A DNA stretch of 64,000 nt from a virus (IMGVR_UViG_3300031566_005149:16158-80157), one strand, 5' to 3'; shown: positions 30,379 through 40,382, counted from the first letter of the stretch. The notes: a model not told the origin generated them from the letters alone. A program made the numbers and translations.

Positions 30379-31029
30379 TTAAATATCCTTCCACGTTCTA
30401 CCATTTTTAATATTATAAATATGACCCACTGTTATATTATATATTTTTGAAATTTCTTTGGGTTTTAGATTATTTTCATTCAATAAATTTTTTATTTTTC
30501 TGACTGAAATTACATTTAGACTTCTACCATTTTTTTGTTGTCTCTTATTATTTGATTGTTCTTTCTTTGTTGCCCATCTACAGTTCCATGGACCATAAGA
30601 ACCATTATTATCTGGATATCTATCTATACTCATTCCATCTGGACATTCACCCATATCTTTCAAAAAATTTTGAAATGAACTTCTCCACCTTCTACAGACA
30701 AAGATTCCTCTTCCTCCATAATATAAATAATCATTTCTTTTTGGGTTATGACACCTGCGAATCATACCTGACCACACATTATAAAGAGGATGTCGGGTTT
30801 TTCTACGAGACATACCATGTTTTGTTGACCTTTTTATTAATTTCTCATTTCTTAAACACCCACACGATTTTGTTTTATTGAATGTTAAGTCGCATGATCT
30901 AACTTGGTATAGATTCCCACAATCACATTTACACAACCACACCACAAGTCCATTCAATCTTTTTCCAGTCTCTTTTATAACACCTAATCTACCAAACCGT
31001 TTACCCGATAATTCTATTTTTGCTCCCAT
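30379..31029 (-). CDS. Phage HNH-type homing endonuclease (AP2-associated family) with C-terminal HTH
   Basis: GKRFGRL.V, WLCKCDCG, KSCGC, YGGRGI.VC..W, SIDR..DNNGSY.P.NCRWAT. Confidence 0.88.
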   Translation of the reverse strand: MGAKIELSGKRFGRLGVIKETGKRLNGLVVWLCKCDCGNLYQVRSCDLTFNKTKSCGCLRNEKLIKRSTKHGMSRRKTRHPLYNVWSGMIRRCHNPKRNDYLYYGGRGIFVCRRWRSSFQNFLKDMGECPDGMSIDRYPDNNGSYGPWNCRWATKKEQSNNKRQQKNGRSLNVISVRKIKNLLNENNLKPKEISKIYNITVGHIYNIKNGRTWKDI

Positions 31030-31622
31030 TTTCTAAAAACTCTCCTTTTTATAATTGTCAAACCAACGTTAAAAGCCGAAAATGGAAATGTTAAAACATC
31101 GAATCTAGAGTCATTTTCAAGATCAATCCTTAATTTGTATACCTGTCCGCATTTATGATTGACAGACCATGACTCATCTGGTGGTAGAGAATCATGAAGT
31201 ACAATCATCCCATCTTTAACCAAAAGTTCATTCATACTCCAAAAATCTCGCTTTACTATATCATACTCATGCGACCCATCGATAAATCCAAAAGCAATAT
31301 TAGATTTTACTATTTTACTTTTAAAAAAATCATCTGATGTCCCTCTATATATAACAGAATTTTCACAGAAATATCCACTGGTATTTTTCATGTTTTCTAT
31401 TAATGATTTAGAATAGTCGCAATGATAAATTTTTCTGTCATGCTTCATAGCCAACTCAGAAAGAAAAATGGATGTTTCACAAATTCCTATCTCTAATATA
31501 TCTCCCTTAACATAATTCAAAACATAATCAGATAGGACTCCTAACAATCCCCACCTATCCCAACCAAATGAACCTGCTACGACTTGTTTATATAAATTCT
31601 TTAATGCTGGATGTTCACCCAT
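31014..31622 (-). CDS. Class I SAM methyltransferase (Methyltransf_24-like)
   Basis: ILEIG, FIDGSHEY..V..D, GMIVLHD. Confidence 0.88.
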   Translation of the reverse strand: MGEHPALKNLYKQVVAGSFGWDRWGLLGVLSDYVLNYVKGDILEIGICETSIFLSELAMKHDRKIYHCDYSKSLIENMKNTSGYFCENSVIYRGTSDDFFKSKIVKSNIAFGFIDGSHEYDIVKRDFWSMNELLVKDGMIVLHDSLPPDESWSVNHKCGQVYKLRIDLENDSRFDVLTFPFSAFNVGLTIIKRRVFRKWEQK

Positions 31623-32323
31623 TATTTCCTCCCAAAATGTACTTTATTTAAATCTCTCATTTCTTGAACTAATTTATTTCCTTCTAAGTGACATGTTTGC
31701 AAACCTAACGTTCTTATAGACTTAAATAAAGGTTTTGCATCATATAAATAATCTGGAAACATCTGAATCTCAAATGGTATTTTAAGTTTTAACATCATAG
31801 TTATACAATCTGCAAAATCTTCTTTATATGGAGTAACACTTTTTGATCCTCTCTTCGGGTCATCATATTGCTTGGGGAGACGAGCTCTGGACTGTCTAAC
31901 ATCTTCAAAGTCTCTATGTAGTATAATGTATCTAAAATCTTTTCTAACTCTCCACCAAGCTTTTATTATTTCTGGATGCCACATGAATCTAGGGTCTTTA
32001 ATAAAATGAATTGGACCCTGTTTTGGATCGTTGTTGAAATTTTCCATGGCTTGTTTATATGTGTATCCATAACCACCTTTACCCCAATAATCACCCAAAC
32101 ACATTTTATTAACATCTATCCGTCCAGTTTGATTCATTTGTTGGTTAAGATCATGATTTAAACTATGAACAGTTGATAGTTCATACCCAGCATCTACCGC
32201 TTCATGCCAGTTTATATTTTTGCCAGTTTTATAATTCATGGCCATTAAAACTTTAGCAAGAAAAGAAGTGCCACACCTACCAAGGCCGGTTATAACAAGC
32301 ATATTATTCTCCCATAAATTCAA
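31622..32323 (-). CDS. Sulfotransferase-family protein
   Basis: VITGLGRCGTSFLA PAPS loop; IKDPRF; ILHRD. Confidence 0.75.
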   Translation of the reverse strand: MNLWENNMLVITGLGRCGTSFLAKVLMAMNYKTGKNINWHEAVDAGYELSTVHSLNHDLNQQMNQTGRIDVNKMCLGDYWGKGGYGYTYKQAMENFNNDPKQGPIHFIKDPRFMWHPEIIKAWWRVRKDFRYIILHRDFEDVRQSRARLPKQYDDPKRGSKSVTPYKEDFADCITMMLKLKIPFEIQMFPDYLYDAKPLFKSIRTLGLQTCHLEGNKLVQEMRDLNKVHFGRK

Positions 32324-32485
32324 CTGTGTGTTTTTTCATGTGTCGTTTGATGATTCTATCATAAGGTTTTAAAATTTCTTTAATTTTTTCTTCGATTGTT
32401 TCCATAACTTTTTTCTTGAACTGCACTTTTACCCATACAGTTTTTCTATTTGCCTTTACAACATCTCCTATCATTGTTTATCCTC

Positions 32486-32501
32486 ATTTATATTTTGTTC
32501 T
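32486..32501 (-). promoter_or_regulatory. Putative late promoter (AGAACAAAATATAAAT)
   Basis: Consensus copy inside the glycan cluster. Confidence 0.6.
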
Positions 32502-32608
32502 AAGTTATTTTATTAATCTATCCACCAACTATATGAGTTGGATTACCTGCGTTTTTCATTACATCTAAATTTTGCTTTCATTATTTAATTCCTTTCTTGT
32601 TATTTGTG

Positions 32609-33706
32609 TCACCAACCCTTTTTAATGCAATCGATAATGTATTCTCTATCTTCCTTTGTCACCCAAAATCCCACAGGAATACAAATATATTTATCATATA
32701 TACTATCTAAATTTGGAAGATTCTTTTGAAACTTCTTTGTGTATGTATAATTATCAAGTCTTTCGTGGACCCTACTTGTTGCAATGCCACATTGCCCCAT
32801 ATAATTTGCAAAGGAGGTTCTATCTTCAACCAAAATTGTATATAACCAACTAGAAGAAACTCTATCTGTTAATATTTGCGGAGTTTCTATACCATCAACG
32901 TTTTTTAGTTCTTTATCATAGTATTGGGCGTTCGACTGAGCAATTTTAACATTTTCTTCTGCTAATTTTATATTACCCATACCTATAACTGCATTTACAT
33001 CATTAAGATGGAATTTATATCCAGCTTCTTCAATATCATTGACACATCTCATATCTTTAAGATTATTTTCACGACTAATACCAAACCATCTCAAAAGTTT
33101 TCCTCTTTTGTAAGCATCTATTTCTCTTGTAAATAAAATTCCACCGTCTACAGTTGTTAGAAACTTAATAGCCTGTGTGCTTATCATACAATAATCTGAG
33201 TATTGACAATCACCGATTATTGAATCCTTATACATAGAGCCGAAGGTGTGGGCCGCATCTTCTATTAATACTAAATTATTATCTTTGGCTATTTTGGAGA
33301 TTGGTTCTAGATCCACAGGATAACCACCCCAATGAACAACAACAATTGCCTTAGTATCTTCCCGAATCGATTCTTCTATAGACTGCGGAATCATATTAAT
33401 ATCATTTCCAGTGTCTGACCAAATAATATCAGCGCCGCATGTAATAACTGGAGTTATTGACGCCGAGCAGCTCAAGGAAGGGCATATAACAGATGTCCCA
33501 GGACCAACGCCAGCTATATGTAAAGCTAAAGTTAACCCATGTGTACCAGAAGATAGAGACATTACATTTTTATTGTTAAATTTTTTAGATAAAACTTTTT
33601 CATATTCTTCTACTTTTTCGCCCTGCCCAATCCAACCACTGAATAATACTTTTAATAAATCATTTTGAACAGTTGGAGACATGGCAACTTTAAACAGTGG
33701 TATCAT
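32609..33706 (-). CDS. DegT/DnrJ/EryC1/StrS PLP-dependent sugar aminotransferase
   Basis: SSGTHGL, VVHWGG, IEDAAH, STQAIKFLTTVDGG (catalytic Lys). Confidence 0.95.
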   Translation of the reverse strand: MIPLFKVAMSPTVQNDLLKVLFSGWIGQGEKVEEYEKVLSKKFNNKNVMSLSSGTHGLTLALHIAGVGPGTSVICPSLSCSASITPVITCGADIIWSDTGNDINMIPQSIEESIREDTKAIVVVHWGGYPVDLEPISKIAKDNNLVLIEDAAHTFGSMYKDSIIGDCQYSDYCMISTQAIKFLTTVDGGILFTREIDAYKRGKLLRWFGISRENNLKDMRCVNDIEEAGYKFHLNDVNAVIGMGNIKLAEENVKIAQSNAQYYDKELKNVDGIETPQILTDRVSSSWLYTILVEDRTSFANYMGQCGIATSRVHERLDNYTYTKKFQKNLPNLDSIYDKYICIPVGFWVTKEDREYIIDCIKKGW

Positions 33707-34064
33707 TATCTAAATCCTCCTTCTCTTTCCACTTTCCATTTTCTTTAACCTCTATCTTTAAATTTTTCTCGTCCATCATTTTTTCGACTTTTTCCTCTAT
33801 CTTTACACCCTCAATTATTTCCTGTGCTTTTCGATTAACCCATATTCTAAACTTTGTACTATTAGATAATCTCTGCATGGCTATCTTTTTATTTATATGT
33901 TGATGTCTGTGTTCACGACTTTCGCCTCTCGCTCCAGATTCTCTATGAATTATTCGAACTCCCGAATCAGTTTTATTCTGATGTTGTCCACCCTTACCAC
34001 CAGACCTGAAAGTCTGAACCTCGAAGTCTTTCTTGGTTAGTGTGAATAATTTTTTCTTTACCAT
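33690..34064 (-). CDS. RF-1 domain GGQ peptidyl-tRNA hydrolase (ArfB / release-factor-like, no codon-recognition domain)
   Basis: FRSGGKGGQHQNKTDSGVRIIH...RHQHINK; only 124 aa. Confidence 0.92.
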   Translation of the reverse strand: MVKKKLFTLTKKDFEVQTFRSGGKGGQHQNKTDSGVRIIHRESGARGESREHRHQHINKKIAMQRLSNSTKFRIWVNRKAQEIIEGVKIEEKVEKMMDEKNLKIEVKENGKWKEKEDLDNDTTV

Positions 34065-34708
34065 TTTACTCTCCTCAAGTATCCCTTTGGATTAAAAGAC
34101 ATTAAGTGACGTTCACAATTCCAGTCAACCTCAAAATCATCATTTTCTTTCAGAAAGAATTCGACAGCTGCATACGCACCCTCATCTTCATGTTCCCATT
34201 CAACTGGGTGTCCAGGTTTTCCCGCATGAGTGTCTTCAACGATCATATAATAGTCCTTACCAACAAATGCTTCATAAATCCCCATCTCTTGAAGCACATG
34301 ATTACGGCTATGCCATGAATCTAAAATAACTATATTTTTCTTTGTCTTATTTCCAACAATCTTTTTAATAGCTTCAATCGTTAATGGATTGGTACTACTT
34401 CCATGTATAAAATCAATTCTATCTGACCATTCGTATTGAGCTATTTCATCCTCGTCATATCTCTGCTCAATATCACATGTCACAACCCTACCCTGACCCA
34501 TAAGCTCACATATGGATGCATAGAATAAAGCAGAGCCGCCTTTCGCTGTTCCCATTTCCAGAATATAGTCTGGTTTTAACTTAAATATAAGCTCTTGAAT
34601 CACCATCATATCTGGAGGCCATTTGTAACATGGAACTCCAAGCCAGGAATTATCTTCCCAAATTCTAGCTCTCTCATATAGCTTATGGTATTCATCAATA
34701 AAATCCAT
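34058..34708 (-). CDS. CmcI-family (rhamnosyl O-methyltransferase-like) methyltransferase
   Basis: WLGVP..K.P.D...QELI...KPD.ILE.GT..GGSALFYAS, VILDSWH, IVEDT, NPKGYL. Confidence 0.92.
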   Translation of the reverse strand: MDFIDEYHKLYERARIWEDNSWLGVPCYKWPPDMMVIQELIFKLKPDYILEMGTAKGGSALFYASICELMGQGRVVTCDIEQRYDEDEIAQYEWSDRIDFIHGSSTNPLTIEAIKKIVGNKTKKNIVILDSWHSRNHVLQEMGIYEAFVGKDYYMIVEDTHAGKPGHPVEWEHEDEGAYAAVEFFLKENDDFEVDWNCERHLMSFNPKGYLRRVKW

Positions 34709-34709
34709 G

Positions 34710-35321
34710 TTATCTCCTTGTTAAAACAGTAATTGATGGCCAATCTTTTATGACCTTTACATCCCATTTTTTCCTTGCTGCTATAATTGGTAGCACTGAA
34801 CGAATTGGCTTCTTGTTATATTTCTTCATCCACTCAACCTCATCCCTTTCTGCACCCCCACCTTCTAATACAATTCGTCCACCTTTAGAGATTTTGTTTC
34901 CCCAAAGTTCGACAGTCTTTAGAAACGTATTTCCGTCATTTGCTATATCCATGTGGAGTAAATCTATCTCACCCTCAGCGTATTGACTATGAACCTCAAA
35001 TGCATCACCTTGTAATATTGTTACATACTCATCCACCTCGTTGGCTCTAAGCATATTGTAAACATCGACAGCACTTCCATGATTATATTCAAATTTCTCA
35101 AACAGATCATATGCAATAACATGTCCATTAAAATATTCTGCTTTTGAATTTAATTTGGTTGCTTTAGCGAAGTGGTATAAAGAATATCCATCCAATACAC
35201 CACATTCAACAATCAGACTTGGTTTGTATCCAAGAGTCATGATCTCAAATGTTCGTCCGATATTATTTTTCTTGTATGACGATCTCATTGAGTCCAGTGG
35301 TTTATACTCCAATAGATTCAT
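34710..35321 (-). CDS. Class I SAM methyltransferase
   Basis: IVECGVLDGYS, AYDLF, IDLLHMD, GGRIVLEGG. Confidence 0.85.
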   Translation of the reverse strand: MNLLEYKPLDSMRSSYKKNNIGRTFEIMTLGYKPSLIVECGVLDGYSLYHFAKATKLNSKAEYFNGHVIAYDLFEKFEYNHGSAVDVYNMLRANEVDEYVTILQGDAFEVHSQYAEGEIDLLHMDIANDGNTFLKTVELWGNKISKGGRIVLEGGGAERDEVEWMKKYNKKPIRSVLPIIAARKKWDVKVIKDWPSITVLTRR

Positions 35322-35584
35322 TTAGCACCCCGCTCACACATTGTTTTATAGGAATCTTCTATATGTTTACATGAGTCAGCAGCCATAATCAACTCGTGTG
35401 CCAAAATTCTCGCCTCAGATTGTGTGAGATCGAAAGAACCTTTACTAACATATCCATGCACCCATTGTCCTCTAGGTGGTGGATCATTCTTTGGGTCCTC
35501 ATGACATATAAATGGCAATCCATCCAATGTTATAAGAACGTCAGGCCCATCACCCCAAGTACAAGTGGCTTTAATTTCTTCCAT
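35318..35584 (-). CDS. Hypothetical protein
   Basis: SD GGAG; coupled to downstream gene. Confidence 0.6.
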   Translation of the reverse strand: MEEIKATCTWGDGPDVLITLDGLPFICHEDPKNDPPPRGQWVHGYVSKGSFDLTQSEARILAHELIMAADSCKHIEDSYKTMCERGAK

Positions 35585-35695
35585 TCATTTTCTCCTTTGT
35601 TCTCCAGTAAAGTAATAGAAATATCAAAATAAATTGAGATGCTTCCATTAAGAATTCAATAATATTTTCTAAATTTAAAGAAATCCAATATGACA

Positions 35696-38572
35696 TTAGG
35701 CGTCTCCTTTAATCAAATCAACCCAACGATCTTTAACAAAAAATTCTTGGGCTCTATCACGAGCCGCTCTACCCTTATCTCTTAATATATCTGGATTATC
35801 GGTTATCTCTTGAATGATTGGATATAAATCGTCGATCTTATTAATAAGCCAACCTGTCTTTGGAGTTATTCGATCATTTGGACCACCTGTTCTGGAATCA
35901 CATATAGATGCTAGACCACATGCATGTGCTTCTATTACAGTTCGAGGACCTTGATCAGTAAATCCAACTGGTGGAAGATACATAAATAGATTTCCCTGAC
36001 TCATGTATATTGGGACAGGTGGTTGATTCTTTCCATGACGATGAATACGTACATCATCAATTGATAAGAAACTTGGAGCTGGCATGAAAAAGAATTCAGT
36101 CTTATCATTAATACCCCAAATAGTAGCAATCATTGTTTCTATATCTTTTCGATGTTTTGCATCACCTTGAGAATTCAAACACGTAATTCTAAGATTATCA
36201 CCATAGTTCGGTTTAACCTTAAAGAACTCAGTCAAATCAGTTGGTGGTGGTTGAACAAAACACTTATCCTTTGCATCTGGATAGATACGCAAAAACTCAT
36301 TCATTAACATTGAGGATAGGAATCCGTATGCATCCCAACCCTTTGTCCATTCAGTTTTACCAGATGAACCAATTCGATAGTTCAACATAAGTGTTTTTCG
36401 TTTTGCTTTAAGTAAAGGCATAAATTCGGTATACATATCCTTGTTATAGTTGAATATTGTATCTGATGCATAGAACATCGCTAGATCACATTCACCTTCC
36501 CAAGTACCCCACTTCTTCACAAGAACTTCACCGATACGATCTACACTGCTTTGATACTCTCCGCAAATCACACCACTTGGATATAGTTCGATATTATAAC
36601 CTCTGTTCTTCATCATGTTCATTATTTCACAGGTACTTCTTTCCGATCCACCCCAACCGCGCGTAGTTGTCAGCATTCTAAAGGTTGGTTTATTTGGATC
36701 GGCAACTGGTTTGGGGTTCAGCTTTTCATCCAATTCTTTACGAACCCATAAATGACATCTGTGACCACCTTTTCCTGGGCCTTCGAATCCAGCTTCCAGA
36801 TATTTGGCTTGCCATTTTCGCTCAGGTGCTCTTCCAGCATCATGAACAATAACAACATCAGCTAATTCAGCTGCTGCCTTGATTGACCACTCACGATTCT
36901 CTCCACCAGAAGGACCATCAACGAAAGCAAAATCAAAACGCTTTGGTAGAACTGATGGTGGTACAAATTCCTTCGTTGGGTCCCAACTGTAGAATGTATG
37001 TTTCTTCTCGTCGGCTAAGTCCTTGACTTTCTTGATCCATCCTGGCTGTGTTTCAAAGGTATGAACTTCTTCAACAACTGACCCCATAAGAAGCGTTGAA
37101 AGTCCAGCACCAAACTCAAGAATGGTTTTGACTTTATATTTTTCGAGCAACGCTTTAATATGAATCCAATCTTTATCTGTTATAGATGCACCATCCCATT
37201 GATAACCATATTTCTTTAGAAGGTCTTCATCAACTGGTTTCACTGTTGGAGCAACAAAAATCCTCTTCTCTTTCGTAACGTTCTTAAAGTATGTATTAGG
37301 AACTTTCTTTCCCATCTGTAAACGACCACCTTTATAGTATGACATCACACCTTCAACAATAGTTTCAGGTTCTATAATATCAACACACATTGGAACTTGT
37401 TGACCAATCGCATTTGTTTTATCAGAGTGATTCGTACAACCCTTCATACTTGTCTTCCAACATGCTTTATGAGCAGAACAGGGCAAACAACCATTTGTAT
37501 GAATATATTGGTGTCCGTAATATTGAGTGAACCAAGCTGGCTCCCGTGCTCCAGCCAAAACCAAGCAAGGGTTCCCAAATGCGGCACTCAAATGCATATG
37601 CATAGAAACCAAACCAATACTTCCCTGAGAATGTAAAAATATATTGAATAGATCACGAAGGCCAGTATTTCGATCTTCAGTCTTGCCAACATAATTTATA
37701 ACACCATCGAGAACTGGATAAGGATGTCCTTTAACTCCAACCTGAACAACCTTGATTCCTTGTTTCTGCATACCATCAATAACTTCTTGCCAACGGTGAT
37801 ATTGTTTTGCTGGCCATCCAGGTTCTCCACCATAAATGAAAACCCAATAAGGTCCATCAATAAGAGGCTTTCTATTATACTCATCTTGCGTCATCCAAAT
37901 ATCTGGTGTTATCGGCCCCTGTGGGAATGTGACACCAAGTTTATTTTGAACATCCATGCGATACCCATTGGCAAAGTGATGATCCCAATAGTTTGATTTA
38001 TTCGTGGCATATCCAGGACCTATTTTAAGAATATGTTCTGGATCAATAAATTGATGATCGATATTTGGGTTATTATCCCATAGATGTCGAGCTGTCGAAA
38101 TAACACCCACACGCACGTAGGGATATGCCGCTTTAAAATCTCTAACCATTGCTGTGAAACACAAAATATCTCCAATGGCCTGACGATTATGAAAGACAAC
38201 TTCTTTCGGAGGTTCATTTCCAGCAACCATTGGTGCAATTGTTTCCGAGGAAAGCTTTGGCATTTCGACATGACTCGCTAAATCCTCAAGCATTTTAGTT
38301 TGTTGTTTTGGGTCATCCTCTAAGATATGATGAATCTTTCCAGAAGTTGTTATTAACGATGCTGTAAAGGATTCAAGTTTTTCATTTTTTAAATCATCGG
38401 GTAGAGTCGTGGCTTCTATCTGAAATGCTTGAGCCACGGTTGGTCGGGGTGCTTGCACGATCTCTTTTTTGAAGTGAGATCGATTGTCTATCAGTTGTAT
38501 TGGTTTGTCGACTTTTGGTGGGGTTGGTCCATTGAAAACATCTTTAAGTTCGTTCTTTTTCTTTACCATCAA
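35696..38572 (-). CDS. Multidomain GT9 (heptosyltransferase-like) + SAM methyltransferase + GT4-like glycosyltransferase
   Basis: IGDIL...LWDNNPNI, K.Y..WQEV, HLSAAFG.P, CLPC...CW (GT9); ILEFGAGLST, AFVDGP, VHDAGR (MTase); GWGGSE, DQGPRTVIEAHACG (GT-B). Confidence 0.88.
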   Translation of the reverse strand: MMVKKKNELKDVFNGPTPPKVDKPIQLIDNRSHFKKEIVQAPRPTVAQAFQIEATTLPDDLKNEKLESFTASLITTSGKIHHILEDDPKQQTKMLEDLASHVEMPKLSSETIAPMVAGNEPPKEVVFHNRQAIGDILCFTAMVRDFKAAYPYVRVGVISTARHLWDNNPNIDHQFIDPEHILKIGPGYATNKSNYWDHHFANGYRMDVQNKLGVTFPQGPITPDIWMTQDEYNRKPLIDGPYWVFIYGGEPGWPAKQYHRWQEVIDGMQKQGIKVVQVGVKGHPYPVLDGVINYVGKTEDRNTGLRDLFNIFLHSQGSIGLVSMHMHLSAAFGNPCLVLAGAREPAWFTQYYGHQYIHTNGCLPCSAHKACWKTSMKGCTNHSDKTNAIGQQVPMCVDIIEPETIVEGVMSYYKGGRLQMGKKVPNTYFKNVTKEKRIFVAPTVKPVDEDLLKKYGYQWDGASITDKDWIHIKALLEKYKVKTILEFGAGLSTLLMGSVVEEVHTFETQPGWIKKVKDLADEKKHTFYSWDPTKEFVPPSVLPKRFDFAFVDGPSGGENREWSIKAAAELADVVIVHDAGRAPERKWQAKYLEAGFEGPGKGGHRCHLWVRKELDEKLNPKPVADPNKPTFRMLTTTRGWGGSERSTCEIMNMMKNRGYNIELYPSGVICGEYQSSVDRIGEVLVKKWGTWEGECDLAMFYASDTIFNYNKDMYTEFMPLLKAKRKTLMLNYRIGSSGKTEWTKGWDAYGFLSSMLMNEFLRIYPDAKDKCFVQPPPTDLTEFFKVKPNYGDNLRITCLNSQGDAKHRKDIETMIATIWGINDKTEFFFMPAPSFLSIDDVRIHRHGKNQPPVPIYMSQGNLFMYLPPVGFTDQGPRTVIEAHACGLASICDSRTGGPNDRITPKTGWLINKIDDLYPIIQEITDNPDILRDKGRAARDRAQEFFVKDRWVDLIKGDA

Positions 38573-38596
38573 TTCGTTCCTTTCACGTATTATAAT

Positions 38597-38612
38597 ATTT
38601 GATTTTTGTTCT
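38597..38612 (-). promoter_or_regulatory. Putative late promoter (AGAACAAAAATCAAAT)
   Basis: One-mismatch copy heading the glycan cluster. Confidence 0.55.
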
Positions 38613-38635
38613 CTTTTTTCAGAAGTGTTCTCGGT

Positions 38636-39136
38636 TTAAAACTCTGGATCACACGTTCTTATAAGGTTGAAACTCTTTGGAATACTTTTTACATATTCCT
38701 TTAAATTCTTAATCATAATCCTATCACTGTCTATAATTGTCTTGAACTGGTGTCTGATTTCATCCTCTGTTACATCCCCCACAGTTACGCTCATAGGTAT
38801 GCCAAAACTAAAGGTCCAATTAGTTGTGTGATTAATTGCAGTGTTTATCCATTTAACTTTAAACACATTTCCAGATACATCTATAATATCATTACAAAAT
38901 TCATGGTAATCATTTTTGATTGTTGATAACATTGTACTATGAACTGTTTTGATTTTATCATGCGATTCCAATGGGATAAAATCTAACCAACACCTATTAA
39001 TTAATTCCTTGTGAGTTTTAAAACCCAATTTTGTATACAGGGATATATTAACGAAACGTATTGTCATTGCAAAATCTAATACGATAACATATGCATTAGT
39101 AAAGTTTAAAATTTCAAAAATTTCTTCAGCTTTCAT
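38636..39136 (-). CDS. Stand-alone PAS-domain protein
   Basis: VIVLD...IRFVN......LGF....ELINRCWLDFIP, then E...I...G....VKW.NT. Confidence 0.8.
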   Translation of the reverse strand: MKAEEIFEILNFTNAYVIVLDFAMTIRFVNISLYTKLGFKTHKELINRCWLDFIPLESHDKIKTVHSTMLSTIKNDYHEFCNDIIDVSGNVFKVKWINTAINHTTNWTFSFGIPMSVTVGDVTEDEIRHQFKTIIDSDRIMIKNLKEYVKSIPKSFNLIRTCDPEF

Positions 39137-39141
39137 TTTTC

Positions 39142-39528
39142 TTACACCCCCAATTTTAATGCGATAGCTTCTAATAATGAGTATTTATCGATCAATTGAT
39201 AAATAACCCAAAATAATGATATAACCATACTACCTATAGCAACATAAAGAAGATTAACACGATTTATTATTTTCCCACTTGATTTAATATTTTCTTTTTC
39301 ATGACCCTCCAATTTATCTCTGATCTTCTCAATGATAACTTCAACAACAATAATCTTATCTTTAATGTTAACTTCCATTAGAACACTGTCGTCCTTACAC
39401 TGCCGTAAGATATCTAATATAACAGATAGTTGCTGAGATATAAGAGTGTTCATCTCAACGCTATTTTTATAACTCTCCAACAGAAGAAATAAATCTTCTT
39501 TGTGCAGGCTTTCCTTTTCTTCAGTCAT
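39142..39528 (-). CDS. Coiled-coil protein with C-terminal transmembrane helix
   Basis: LLYVAIGSMVISLFWVIYQL; directly upstream of the PAS gene. Confidence 0.7.
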   Translation of the reverse strand: MTEEKESLHKEDLFLLLESYKNSVEMNTLISQQLSVILDILRQCKDDSVLMEVNIKDKIIVVEVIIEKIRDKLEGHEKENIKSSGKIINRVNLLYVAIGSMVISLFWVIYQLIDKYSLLEAIALKLGV

Positions 39529-39556
39529 ATTGTAACCTCAACTTTTAATTTTTTAT

Positions 39557-39576
39557 CTATATATATTAATAAATGA
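39557..39576 (+). promoter_or_regulatory. Putative early promoter at the main strand switch
   Basis: CTATATATATTAATAAATGA. Confidence 0.7.
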
Positions 39577-39584
39577 TAAGAAGC

Positions 39585-39600
39585 GTTTAATGTTTGTTCT
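39585..39600 (-). promoter_or_regulatory. Putative late promoter (AGAACAAACATTAAAC), facing the early promoter
   Basis: Consensus copy. Confidence 0.6.
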
Positions 39601-39627
39601 CAGTTTCTAATAAAAAGGGAGGTATAA

Positions 39628-39810
39628 ATGTTTAAATTCTACAACAAAATAGGTAATCAATGGATCGAAATATCAGAGCTCGAGCTCCATGCAAAATTGT
39701 ACAATTATGTAACGCAAACAACTCCCATTATCCGAAGACTTCTCAAAGAGAAAGAGGTCACGATGGGAACCGAAACATTCAAAATTATAGTGAGGAGGGA
39801 AGCCATTTGA
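39628..39810 (+). CDS. Hypothetical protein
   Basis: SD GGAGGT; first ORF after early motif. Confidence 0.7.
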   Translation: MFKFYNKIGNQWIEISELELHAKLYNYVTQTTPIIRRLLKEKEVTMGTETFKIIVRREAI

Positions 39811-40382
39811 TTAGATACATTGTGTACAGTAAGCTGCAACAGAAGATATCTTCCTTCTGTTGCAGCAGGGTGATATTTTCTGGACTCCAAATAAAGGTAA
39901 AGCATCCAACATTATTTTTTGATAGCGATTTTCTCTCTGAACTCAAACGATATAACAGAAGTACAGATGAAAATGCTAAAACGTCTATCATTCGGGGAGT
40001 CTGTGGTAAATGTGATGGCTATGGAATCTTTGATTGGGTTACAAGAATAACAACCGATGATGGAGCCACAGAAAAGGCAATATCTCATGTTGATACCACT
40101 AGGCCCGTGGTCGTAAAGAATGAAAACCCAATTAAAACAGTTTATATAAATGATCAAACTGATCGAATAAAATTTTATTACATTAGTGATTTTATGACAG
40201 ATGATCTAACATATCGATGTGATCAATGTCTTGGTATTGGATTGGATGTAGATATTTCCAAAATTGTAGAATTACATACGGATCAAATATCAGATATTAT
40301 ATCAAAACCAAAACCAAAACCAAAACCGATAATTAGAACCAAAGGATATTTAAGAAAACTCTTGGATTACATATTTAATTGA
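39807..40382 (+). CDS. Zinc-finger protein (two CxxCxGxG motifs)
   Basis: CGKCDGYG and CDQCLGIG; TTG start after GAGGAGG. Confidence 0.65.
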   Translation: MIRYIVYSKLQQKISSFCCSRVIFSGLQIKVKHPTLFFDSDFLSELKRYNRSTDENAKTSIIRGVCGKCDGYGIFDWVTRITTDDGATEKAISHVDTTRPVVVKNENPIKTVYINDQTDRIKFYYISDFMTDDLTYRCDQCLGIGLDVDISKIVELHTDQISDIISKPKPKPKPIIRTKGYLRKLLDYIFN

